DNA of 64,000 nucleotides from NCBI GenBank assembly GCA_032718475.1, contig JAUCBJ010000459.1, positions 1 through 64,000 of the forward strand, read 5' to 3'. Below the pieces are notes generated by a model. It did not search any database and had not been told where the DNA came from. It saw only the letters and a program-made list of their open reading frames with translations. This DNA comes from Nemertoderma westbladi (taxonomy: Eukaryota > Animalia > Xenacoelomorpha). Positions 1 through 10,733 of this stretch are shown here, piece by piece; the first letter of the stretch is position 1; each line of letters opens with the position of its first letter. Made by a program: the position numbers and the translations under genes.

Positions 1-4
1 ACAT

Positions 5-3000
5 CCAGTAAGCGTACCGAGAGGCACTCTCTATAGCCGAGTGGGGGCACTTGATTCCCAACCCCAAAGCAAAAAAAATATCATAACCCTCTATCAATCA
101 AATAATAGTGGTGGGTGGGAGCTGGCGAGTAGAATTTATGATGGCACGAATTGGGTTCGGCTTATTGTGTCGCGTCATACGGGTTTGGCCCCGATTGATA
201 TAGTAACATATTAGTAATGCAACTGCGTAAACAAACTACAAGAAATTATGACAATGATAGAAGGATTCATATTTAGTGATATGTTATGTATGATTGTTAC
301 AGTATATATATATATTCTAATGGGTAGATTTAATTATTTTTTATTACTCTTTACTTTAAAGTGCATGTTGGGCTCTACTCTCTCAAAATCTTAACAATTC
401 TGAAACCAGTTCATGTAGGTGCGTTGGAATGGCTGTATTTGCATGGCCGGGTTGGTTGAGTAGTCCTATGGACATTACCCTGTCGATGTATGGCCCATAT
501 GTCAGGTAAGCAACCGAGGGTGCACTCTCTAAAGCCGAGTGGGGGCAGTTTAAAATAATAACAAGTAATCACGAACCCCGTCCTCTTATAAGTTATAATA
601 ATTTTGGAGTAAAGAAGATTGTTTTAAACCCAATTGATAAAGTAACATTATTAGTAATGCAACCATATAGACAAAGTTGAAGATATGGATTAATAATTAA
701 TTTATCCTTTATTAACTTATCCTTTATTAATACTACATACTTCAATGTGCCAATTGTAATAATAATGAAACATTTTCCAGTTAATATGGGTTTCACCCCA
801 TTTGATATTATACTGCGGCATTATATATTAATATAACCTCGCAAGCAAACAAGAAGTAAAGCAAATGTTTCTTATCTTAGATTTAGAGTGATTTTAGAGA
901 TTTAGAGTTTAGTGAATGATTAGAGAATTAAAAAATATGCCAGTACTTGCCTTTTGATCAGATAATCAAAGCGTCTTTAATATAGTACCATAATAATATC
1001 AATTAGCAATCTGTTATACAATATAAATACTAAAATCTATTTTTCAAATATATTATGAGCCCAACATTGTATATTTATCCTACAGGTGGAGAATCTAGTT
1101 TATTAGAACTTCATATATTTTGGTATAATGTATAATATATTATAAATAAGACTGAGGTACCTAAACTATATTGAAAAGAAATCAAATACCCGAAAGTAAT
1201 ATACTAGCCCCTCCCTCCACCCTATAAATAGTGTTTGCCACCTACGCCGCCCACCACCCTTGGCGCTCCGGTCACTCCGTTCCCTCCGCGGGGGGGTTAA
1301 GTAGTCGGTTTTGATACTATGCAAATTCTGAGCACAGCGTTAGAAGCACATTGGATAGGCGATCATTTCTTGCGGTGAAAGTATTTTCATACCTATTATA
1401 GTTTTCAAGATAGTCAGGCATGAGTAGCAAAAATTTGAATTTTTTCTGGTAAAGTCTGATTTTACCGGTACCTGTCATCTGAATTATGGATTGTGATATA
1501 TCGTTGGATGCGGGCCACCAAACTGTACATTCAAATGTTTTCAAAAAAAAATTTCGATAAATGGTCCTCGAGTTATCATGAAATTACGAGAATCAGACTT
1601 TGGACGACCATATCTCTGGTACCGGTAGGCCTATTGAGTTGAATTTTTTTAAAACTTACTTAGAACGGTCCATTGAATGTTTCTTAGTTTGAAAATTTTG
1701 TCTGAAAAGGCTTACATCAAAATTCTAAAAAACTGATCTCTTGCGATCATGGTGATCAGGGCTTAAGTTGTTTATATCTCGAAAACTATTGACTGTGGTA
1801 GAAATCTGAATACATCGTTAGAAGCGCATTGGATAGGCGAACATTTCTTACAGTGAAAGTATTTTCATACCTATTATAGTTTTAGAGATAGTCAGACATG
1901 AGTTGAAAAAATTGGAATTTTTTTTGGTAAAGTCTGATTTTATCGGTACCTGTCATCCAAAATATGGGTTATGATATATCGTTGGATGCGGGTCCCCTAA
2001 CTGTACAATCACATTTTTTCAAAAAAAAAATTCGATCAACGGTTCTCGAAATATTATCGAATTACCGGAAGCTGACTTTGGACGACTATATCTCCGGTAC
2101 CGGTAGGCCTATTGAGTTGAATTTTGTTTTAACTTACTCAGAACGGTCCAGTGAATGTTTCTTATTTATAAATTTTTGTCTGAAAATGCATACATCAGAT
2201 TTCTTAAAAACTGATCTTTTGCGATCATGATCTTTTGACCCTCTAGAATTGAACTTTTTTATGCCCAAATTTTGGCTACCCCCCTAATTCGAGGGTGAGG
2301 AATCTTTTTGTGATGTTAAGTTTTTCCATACGGTAAACTCACAGGACTTGCTCTTTGAAATAAAACCGAAAACACGATCTTTCCTGATCGCTGCCTGATC
2401 AAATCACTTTTAGGAAATTTCGAAATACTCAAAAGTTGCCCCTTCCTAATAGAAGTCGATTAGTAAAAAAAAAATCGGGGGTCTCAAACAAAGTTTTCGA
2501 GAAAATTTGAAAAAACCGAAAAACGCGATCTTTTACGATCAGGTAGCATATCTCGAGATCCGGTTGTCCGATCGAGCCAATTTTTTTTTTAATCAACTCA
2601 GAATGGACCAGTAAACATTTCTTACAATGAATGTTTATTAGAAAAATGATTAGATTAGATTTTAAAAGTACTGATCTGTTCGCGATCATGATCTTGAGTT
2701 TTGACCCACTAGACTTGAACTTTTTTATGCCCAAATTTTGGCTACCCCCCCTAATTCGAGGGTGAGGAATCTTTTTGCGATGTTAAGTTTTTCCATACGG
2801 TGAACTCACAGGACTTGCTCTTTGAAATAAAACCGAAAACACGATCTTTTCTGATCACGGCCTGATCAAATCGCTTTTTGAAAATTTCGAAATGCACAAA
2901 AGGTGCCCCATCACCATAGAAGTCCATTCGTAAAAAAAAAATCGGGGGTCTCAAACAAAGTTTTCGAGAAAAATCTAAAAAACTAAAAAAACACGATCTT

Positions 3001-4206
3001 TTATGATCAGGTATCAGATCTCGAGAACCAGTTGTCCGATCGAGCCAATTTTTTTTTTAATCGACTCAGGGCGGTGCCCCGAAGGTTTCTTACAGTAATT
3101 GTTTAATCCGAAAGTGCTTAGTTACGATTTTATTAAAGTCCGATCTTTGCCGATCATGATCTTGAGTTTTGACCCACTAGACTTGAACTTTTTTATGCCC
3201 AAATTTTGGCTACCCCCCCTAAGTCGAGGGTGAGGAATCTTTTTGTGATGTTAAGTTTTTCCATACGGTGAACTCACAGGACTTGGTCTTCAAAATAAAA
3301 CCGAAAACACGATCTTTTCTGATCACGGCCTGATCAAATCGCTTTTTGGAAATTTCGAAATGCACAAAAGGTGCCCCTTCACCATAGAAGTCGATTCGAA
3401 AAAAAAAAATCGGGGGTCTCAAACAAAGTTTTCGAGAAAATTGAAAAAAACCAAAAAACACGATCTTTTTCGATCAGGAAGCATATCTCGAGAACCGGTT
3501 GTCCGATCGAGCCAATTTTTTTTTTAATCGACTCAGGGCGGTGTTCTGAAGGTTTCTTACAGTAATTGTTTATATCCAAAATGTTTAGTTACGATTCTAT
3601 GAAGTCCGATCTTTGCGCGATCCGGATCTTGCGTTTTGATCGGGAAGACTTTACTTTTTTTAAAATTTTTTAACGGGAATCATAACTAATGTGGGGTCGC
3701 TGAATCTTTTTGTGATTGAACTTTTTTCCATAGGAGCAACCCTTGAGTGTCCGATCTTTGATCAAAACCGATCTTTGCCGATCGCCGCCAAGATCTTGAT
3801 CGGAAACATTGTAACTTTTTCATGTGCCTTAAAACCCTATACTGTCTACATAATGGCGTTGGTCCCAACTTCGCAGCGTTAGCGGTTCTTGAGATTTTTG
3901 CATAGCAACGGCAGTTGCCAAGGAACACGTTTTTTCGCCTCAAATTGGCCCTAGCCGGAGAACCGTCGAGATTCACGAGTCGCCGAGTTTCACTAAAAGT
4001 CTTGTAATTAAATTTTGGGGGGGGGTCTAGGAACATTTTATTGGTGGTTTTGGCCTAGTTCTCGAGATAACCTTCTACTCTCTCAAAAAGGCTATCTCTA
4101 ATTTTCCGAAGCCAGTTCAGTTAGGTCGCCGTCGAAGGGATCGCGGCCAGAGTGATGTTAGTAGTCCTACGGACATTATACCTTGCTGGCGGAACGGCCC
4201 ATACAT
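5..4206 (-). mobile_element. Non-autonomous 4.2-kb unit U1
   Basis: Lies between CATCCAG junctions. Collinear and highly similar to 56914-61106. Shares its first ~900 bp and its repeat-module end with the 50-kb element. No credible ORF. Confidence 0.75.
1339..3700. repeat. Subterminal module array of U1: 2 x ~478 bp then 3 x ~467 bp
   Basis: gttagaagc at 1339 and 1817; atgcccaaattttggctacccccc at 2261, 2727 and 3195. Equivalent arrays at ~54520-56400 and ~58240-60600. Confidence 0.9.
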
Positions 4207-4324
4207 CCAGGGGAAAAACCAGTGGGCACTCTCTATAGCCGAGTGGGGCACTTGTTACCACATCCGTAGCGTACCACAGCCATAGTGTACCACCTACCTG
4301 TAAGGAGCAGGAGGAGAAGCAACA

Positions 4325-4578
4325 GGGGTCGTCGCTCGAAAAGGGCCAGAGCCCGATGTATGGGATCACATGTGTATTGCAGTACAAGCAGTGTTTGCGA
4401 CGCTTCCTTTACAACACATCTGCATCGCTTGTAAATCCGTTGCGGTTAGGGGTCGTTGCTCGAAAAGGGCCAGCGCCCGATGTATGGGATCACATGTGTA
4501 TTGCAGTACAAGCAGTGTTTGCGACGCTTCCTTTACAACACATCTGCATCGCATGTAAATTATCCGTTGCGGTTGGGG
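4325..4578. repeat. 124-bp tandem duplication
   Basis: ggggtcgt(c/t)gctcgaaaagggccag... starts at 4325 and 4449. Confidence 0.9.
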
Positions 4579-4999
4579 ACCGCGTGTTAGTTCGGTTGGC
4601 GACCGAATTTTAAAAAAGCAAGCTTATTGGTTTTATAATTATTAGTGTGTTTTCAAAGCATCTGCCCATTGCATTGGAATTATCAGTTGCTGTTCACCAC
4701 CAATTATTTCTTTGGTTGGCAACCGTCTTGAAAGAAAGATGTTGTTTATATATAGTGATGACTGATCTAATAATAAACAACATGCAAGCTTGTTATATTA
4801 TTTTGATGCCTTGAAATTATACTGCAGCAAGTCCCACCCACAAGTAAGGAAAGTGGGGGGGGGGGGGGTCCCCCCCCCACTACACCCCCCCCCCTCGAAC
4901 CTAAAAGTCACTGTATATGGGGCTCGGTCGCTACGCTCCCTCGCCAAACAGTTTTAACATCAGGTTCAATCCTACACTGTAACATAGACTATATCTCAA

Positions 5000-6400
5000 G
5001 GAAAAAATTTTTTTTTTCCCATCTCTTTTCCAGGGAAACTATAAGACTCGAAGGCTCGAAATAATTATTGGGGATATTGTTTTTCATCCTCTACACGTTG
5101 CAAGTGGTCCCGAAGCCGTATCTATCTTGGTTCTTGAGATATTGATGAATTTGATAATTTTCACCGCCGGTGTCTCACCGGATAACGGTGCATCGACATT
5201 GCCCAAAACTGTTCTCGCGCACTCCTCGGACCATTCTAGGGGGTGTCTACACACATGTCTAGTATGAAAAAGTTGATAGAAATCGAGATTTTTGATGAAA
5301 AAAAAATATTTTTTTTCCGCTTTTTTTCCGTTTTTTTTCCGGAAAAAAATTCCAAAATTTTTCATTTACGGGTTATTTACTGCTCTCTACACGATGCAAC
5401 CGTCGCCTAGTCCGCAGCTATCGCCAGTTTGGCTGTAGCTCAACCCAAAAATGGAACGGTGTAATTGCGGTGCGAAAAATTTAACCGAGCCTCACCGGAG
5501 CACCGTTGAATGAAATTGGCCAAAATCAAACACGAGCACTCCTCGGACCATTCTAGGGGGTGTCTACACACATGTCTAGTATGAAAAAGTCGATGGAAAT
5601 CGAAATTTTTGAGATGGGAAAAAAAAATTTTTCCCCTATTTTCCCGGGAAACTTGAAAACTTGAGGTCCCAAAAAAAGAATTGGTAGCCTTATTTTAGCC
5701 GCTCTATCGATTGCCGTTGACCCCGTGACCATAGCATTAGCCACTTTTTCCATTAAGCTCCCACTCAAAGGAAAAGTGGAATTCCGGCGGTAAATTTTCA
5801 ATGAAGCCTCACCGGAGCACCGTCGAATGAAATTGGCCAAAAACAAACACGAGCACTCCTTGGACCATTCTAGGGGGTGTCTACACACATATCTAGTATG
5901 AAAAAGTTGATAGAAATCGAGATTTTTGAAGAAAACAAAATTTTTTTTTTCCGCTTTTTTTCCGCTTTTTTTCCGGAAAAAAAATCCAAACTTTTTCTTT
6001 TACGGGTTATTTATTGTTCTCTACACGATGCAACCGTCGCCTAGTCCGCAGCTATCGCCAGTTTGGCTGTAGCTCACTCGAAAAATGGGACGGTGGAATT
6101 ACGGTGCGCAAAATTAAACCGAGCCTCACCGGAGAACCGTCGAATGAATTTGGCCAAAATTTTGTTGGAGCACTCCTCGGACCATTCTAGGGGGTGTCTA
6201 CACACATGTCTAGTATGAAAAAGTTGATGTAAATCGAAATTTCAGCCGGAAAAAAAAATTTTTGTTTTCCGTTTTTTTTCCGGAAAAAATTTACTTTCAG
6301 TTTTAGAAAAAAAAATTGTATATGAGATTTTTACATCCTCTACACGATGCAATCGTCGCCTAGGCCGCAGCTATCGCGGATTTTTTTTTTTTTGGGAAAA
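5000..6400. repeat. 317-bp tandem modules of U2 (alternating variants)
   Basis: cactcct(c/t)ggaccattctagggggtgtctacacaca at 5220, 5537, 5854 and 6171. Confidence 0.9.
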
Positions 6401-7674
6401 ACAATTTTCCGGTGTTTTCCGGTGTTTTTCCGGTGAAGGGTCGGACGGATCTCGGAGAAAAAAAATTGCATCCCTTATTTTTTCGTTCCGAATCTTTTCC
6501 CCCTACATTTATATTATGAAAAAATGAGCGGTTCTCGAGATAAGCTTCTGCAATCTAAAAAAGGCTATCCCATGAGGGCGTCAGTAATCCGCCTAGACTA
6601 GTAATTGGAGCTTTCGTTGAAGCTTTAGTGGCCGAAAGAGTATACGTAGTGCATATCGCACAATACACCATACGGTTTTGAGGCCCACCCATCCAGTAAG
6701 CGTACCGAGAGACACTCTCTATAGCCGAGTGGGGGCACTTTATTCCCAACCCCGAAACAAACAAAATATCATAACCCTCTATCAATCAAATAATAGTTGT
6801 GGGTGAGAGCTGACGAGTATAATTTATGGCACGAATTGGGTTCGGCTTGTGTCGCGTAATGCGGGTTTGGCCCCGATCGATATAGTAACATATTAGTAAT
6901 GCAACTGCGTAAACAAACTACAAGAAGTTATGACAATGATTGAAGGATTCATATTTAGTGATATGTTACGTATGATTGTTATCTATATGTTCTAATGGGT
7001 AGATATAATTATTTTTTATTACTCTTTACTTTAAAGTGCATGCTGGGCTCTACTCTCTCAAAAATCTTAACAATTCTGAAACCAGTTCATGTAAGAGCAT
7101 TGGAATGGCTGCGTTTGCATGGTTGGGTTGGTTGAGTAGTCCTACAGACATTACCTTGTCGATGTGTAACCCATATATCCGATAAGCAACTGAGGGTGAA
7201 CTCTCTAAAGCCGAGTTGGGGCACTTTATAATAATAACAAGTAATCACAAACCCCGTCCTCTTATAAGTTATCATAATTTTGGAGTAAAGAAGATGGTTT
7301 AAGTCCCAATTTATAAAGTAACATTATTATTAATGCAACCATATAGACAAAGTGGAAGATATGGATTAATAATTAACTTATCCTTTATTAACTTATCCTT
7401 TATTAATCCTACTTACTTCAAAGTGCCAATTGTAATAATAATGAAACATTTTCCAGTTAATCCGGGTTTCACCCCATTTGATATTATACTGAGGCATTAT
7501 ATATTAATATAACCTTGCAAGTAAACAAGAAATAAAGCAAATGTTTCTAATCTTAGATTTAGAGTGATTTTAGAGATTTAGAGTATAGGTATATAATATA
7601 GAATGGTAATGAAGTAAATGATAATGAGTAAGATGATAATTATAAAACATCTGGAATGCCTTTCCATTACTTTA

Positions 7675-7815
7675 CAATATTTATTGTCCTCCAACCCCGC
7701 CCACCACCCTCATTACATTATAATATTTATTGTCCTCCAACCCCGCCCACCACCCCCATTACTTTATAATATTTATTGTCCTCCAACCCCGCCCACCACC
7801 CTCATTACTTTATAA
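7675..7815. repeat. ~46-bp minisatellite, 3 copies
   Basis: aatatttattgtcctccaaccccgcccaccacc..cattac repeated three times. Confidence 0.85.
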
Positions 7816-7859
7816 GAATGGGAGAATTTTGTACGCTCGTTAAGCCAAAGAATGCCTGT

Positions 7860-8266
7860 TCACCACCATGGGTAATCTTCTACAGTAAACCCTTCCACTC
7901 TTCCACATTACTTTATAACAACCCCCATTAACAACTTACCTAGAAATTGCATTCTCCAGAATACCAATATGTAAACAAAGAGTTGATAGATGACAACTAT
8001 TACCAGAATCATCTAAATATTCCATTACATATGTTTGAAACTATAAATTGACTAATTACGAAGAAATGTTTATAAATAAAATTTAAATAAAAGATATGAT
8101 AGAGATAAATTAATCAAAAAGTTAATAAAAAGTTTCTCTTCAAACAATAATTTAATAATCACAATTAATCATATACATACATACTATAATTATATAACAT
8201 ACTTACCATTACTAGTATATTTAGTAACTTGCCATCTTCGATAACTTCAAAACAACATATATCCAT
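7860..8266 (-). CDS. Candidate 3-exon micro-gene, 50-aa hydrophobic (single-TM-like) peptide
   Basis: Exons 8266-8207, 8012-7940 and 7879-7860 with two GTAAGT donors and phase-compatible AG acceptors give MDICCFEVIEDGKLLNILVMMILVIVVIYQLFVYILVFWRMQFLEDYPWW*. AT-rich DNA can give this by chance. Confidence 0.3.
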
Positions 8267-8537
8267 ATTATATCATTATAATAATCACAATAATGATATA
8301 GTGATTATGAAGAAGAAGTAGCCATCATGCTTTACAGAGACTTTGGACTCTTATGTCTTGCAATATTAATTTACATTTCTACTACCAAGTTCTATCGGAG
8401 ATTGAAGATATGATAGTAAAGTAGTAAATATCACAAAGCATAGTGCATTTCCTACTTAATGTATTCTCCTCAGTGTTCTTTCCAAGTAGGCCATGTGTCC
8501 ATAAAATTACCCATACCAACAAATTATGGTGTGAAGA

Positions 8538-8845
8538 ACAAAAGACAAAAGTCAAAAGACAAAAATCAAAAGACAAAAGTCAAATCACAAATGTCAATAG
8601 ACAAAAGTCAAAAGACAAAAGTCAAAAGACAAATGTCAAGTCATAAGACAAAAGTCAAACGACATAAGACAATAGTCAAAAGACAAAAGTCAAAAGACAA
8701 AAGTCATAAAACAAAAGTCAAACGACAAAAGACAAAAGTCAAAAGACTAAAGTCAAAAGTCAAAAGACAAAAGTCAAAAGACAAAAGTGAAATAACAAAA
8801 GTCAAAAGAAAAAAGTCAAAAGACAAAAGTCAAAAGACATAAGTA
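8538..8845. repeat. 14-bp (gtcaaaagacaaaa)n minisatellite
   Basis: Directly visible. A degenerate relic also lies at ~18910-18975. Confidence 0.9.
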
Positions 8846-9078
8846 AAAAGGATATCAACCAAAAGTCAGTTAGGTAAAAATATGAACGCCATGGGTATTG
8901 ACAAAAATAAACAACCATGATAATCACATTTATATAAATCCATCATGACATGTCATTTTGTTTTTGGCAATATTCGGTTAACCATATTTACAATTATGTT
9001 AAAAAGATAATAGAATGTCTTTAAAACACAAAATTGATAATATGACAAGAACACTGTGTCATCAAGGAGAAACATGGT

Positions 9079-9128
9079 TTGGCTGGAATTGACCAAATTC
9101 CAGCCAACCCGCCTTAAAAAGACGGGTT
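9079..9128. other. Double hairpin downstream of the Rep-Hel gene
   Basis: Perfect 12-bp stem TTGGCTGGAATT-gacca-AATTCCAGCCAA (9079-9107), overlapped by AACCCGCCTT-aaa-AAGACGGGTT (one mismatch). Confidence 0.7.
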
Positions 9129-9211
9129 AGGTTCTTGCCCACCCTGGATTAGAGAGAGAGAGAGTTAGCATGGTAAGAGAATTGATGGTTCAGATATATT
9201 GACAGAATGAC

Positions 9212-10615
9212 ATTCTTTCCTGCCTTAATTATGCAAGCTAAAACCAAGGCACAGTACACAACTGTGTTAAATAATATTTATATATCAATTCTCCAGGCAG
9301 GGAGCATCCCCACAAACTCGCAAAGAATTGAAAAATATTACAACCTTGATAAAGCCTCATATGTGTATAATTGACTGTGTTTATGCTAAAAGGATCTCCA
9401 GGCACAATATGGTGGAAGGAATGAAACATGGCGCAGCATACACAACAACCATGAACAAACCAATATCCAGTCTGAATAAGGCGGGATAGTATATAATATT
9501 GTCCAGATAGTATGATGATGATCAAAGCAAATCCACTGTCAACAGACTATGCAAAAGTCCAAAATAATTAATGTTTCGACCCTGGGCGCGCAATGCTCGA
9601 CCCATGGTTAAACTATAAATATTAGGACACTTCACAAACACACAGACAGATTGAAAGATCTTGTTATTCCAGTATTCTTATCATGAGATTTTAATTCTTT
9701 CCTGCCTTAATTATGCAGGCTAAAACCAAGGCACAGTACACAACAGTGTTAAATAACATTTATATATCAATTCTCCAGGCAGGGAGCGTCCCCACGAAAC
9801 TCGCAAAGAATTGAAAAATATTACAACCTTGATAAAGCCTGCATTTATAAAGCCTCATATGTGTATAATTGACTGTGTTTATGCTAAAATGATCTCCAGA
9901 CACAATAGGGTAGATGGAATGAAACATGGCGCAGCATACACAACAACCATGAACAAACCAATATCCAGTGATGATCAAAGCAAGTTCACTGTCAACAGAC
10001 TGCAAAAGTCCAAAATAATTAATGTTTCGACCCTGGGCGGGCAATGCTCGACCCATGGTTAAACTATAAATATTAGGACACTTCACAAACACACAGACAG
10101 ATTGTAAGAATTTCCTAAAATCTTAACAATGAGAAAATGTAATGAACAACACCCGGGACAAACAAAATGTTCATCTCTAGAGTAATTGTTCTTACGAATT
10201 CTCAAAGAAAGTAGATCTTATTATTCCAGTATTCTTATCATGAGATTTTAATTCTCTCCTGCCCTAATTATGCAGACTAAAACCAAGGCACAGTACACAA
10301 CTGTGTTAAATAACATTTATATATCAATTCTCCAGGCAGGGAGCATCCCCACAAACTCGCAAAGAATTGAAAAATATTACAACCTTGATAAAGCCTGCAT
10401 TTATAAGGCAGAATTCTGAATTTTAAAGCCTCATGTGTATAATGCAAAAGTCCAAAATAATTAATGTTTCGACCCTGGGCGGGCAATGCTCGACCCATGG
10501 TTAAACTATAAATATTAGGACACTTCACAAACACACAGACAAGTTCACCAGGATTGAAAAATATTACAACCTTGATAAAGCCTAACTTAAGGCAGGATTC
10601 TGAATTTTAAGCCTG
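9212..10615. repeat. Three imperfect ~480-560-bp direct repeats (putative 3'UTR region)
   Basis: attct(t/c)tcctgcc.taattatgca..ctaaaaccaaggcacagtacacaac starts at ~9212, 9694 and 10251. Confidence 0.9.
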
Positions 10616-10733
10616 AACAAGATGGGTTGGGTAGGGTAAGTTTGGAAAGTTGCAAGTTTGGCATAGCTGCATAAGCATAGGTACATGGCACACAGACATA
10701 TTAGAAGACGAAGAAGAAACAAGACACAGTAAT

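Larger units (their letters stand above)
4207..6692 (-). mobile_element. Non-autonomous 2.5-kb unit U2 (divergent subfamily)
   Basis: Same junction architecture and G.A hairpin (4921-4945), but different internal sequence and 317-bp modules. Confidence 0.65.

Noticed and set aside
44-52. GGGGCACTT as the element terminus on the plus strand
   Set aside because: Subfamily-specific sequence is continuous across this motif and switches at CATCCAG instead.
4853-4895. G-run/C-run hairpin
   Set aside because: Low-complexity homopolymers present in one unit only; similar G runs are scattered through the window.
593-6785. Short ORFs recurring in U1, U3 and U4 (e.g. 1964, 54670, 58866)
   Set aside because: They recur only because the DNA is repeated; frames break at A/T homopolymers and no domain is recognisable.
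7580-7595. Possible insertion breakpoint of an independent element into a 4.2-kb repeat
   Set aside because: The interrupted sequence (ttagtgaatgattagag) does not resume at the other side, and no terminus or target duplication is visible. An internal-deletion relationship fits better, though the alternative is not formally excluded.
8443-8842. Lys-rich 127-aa ORF
   Set aside because: Translation of the 14-bp minisatellite.
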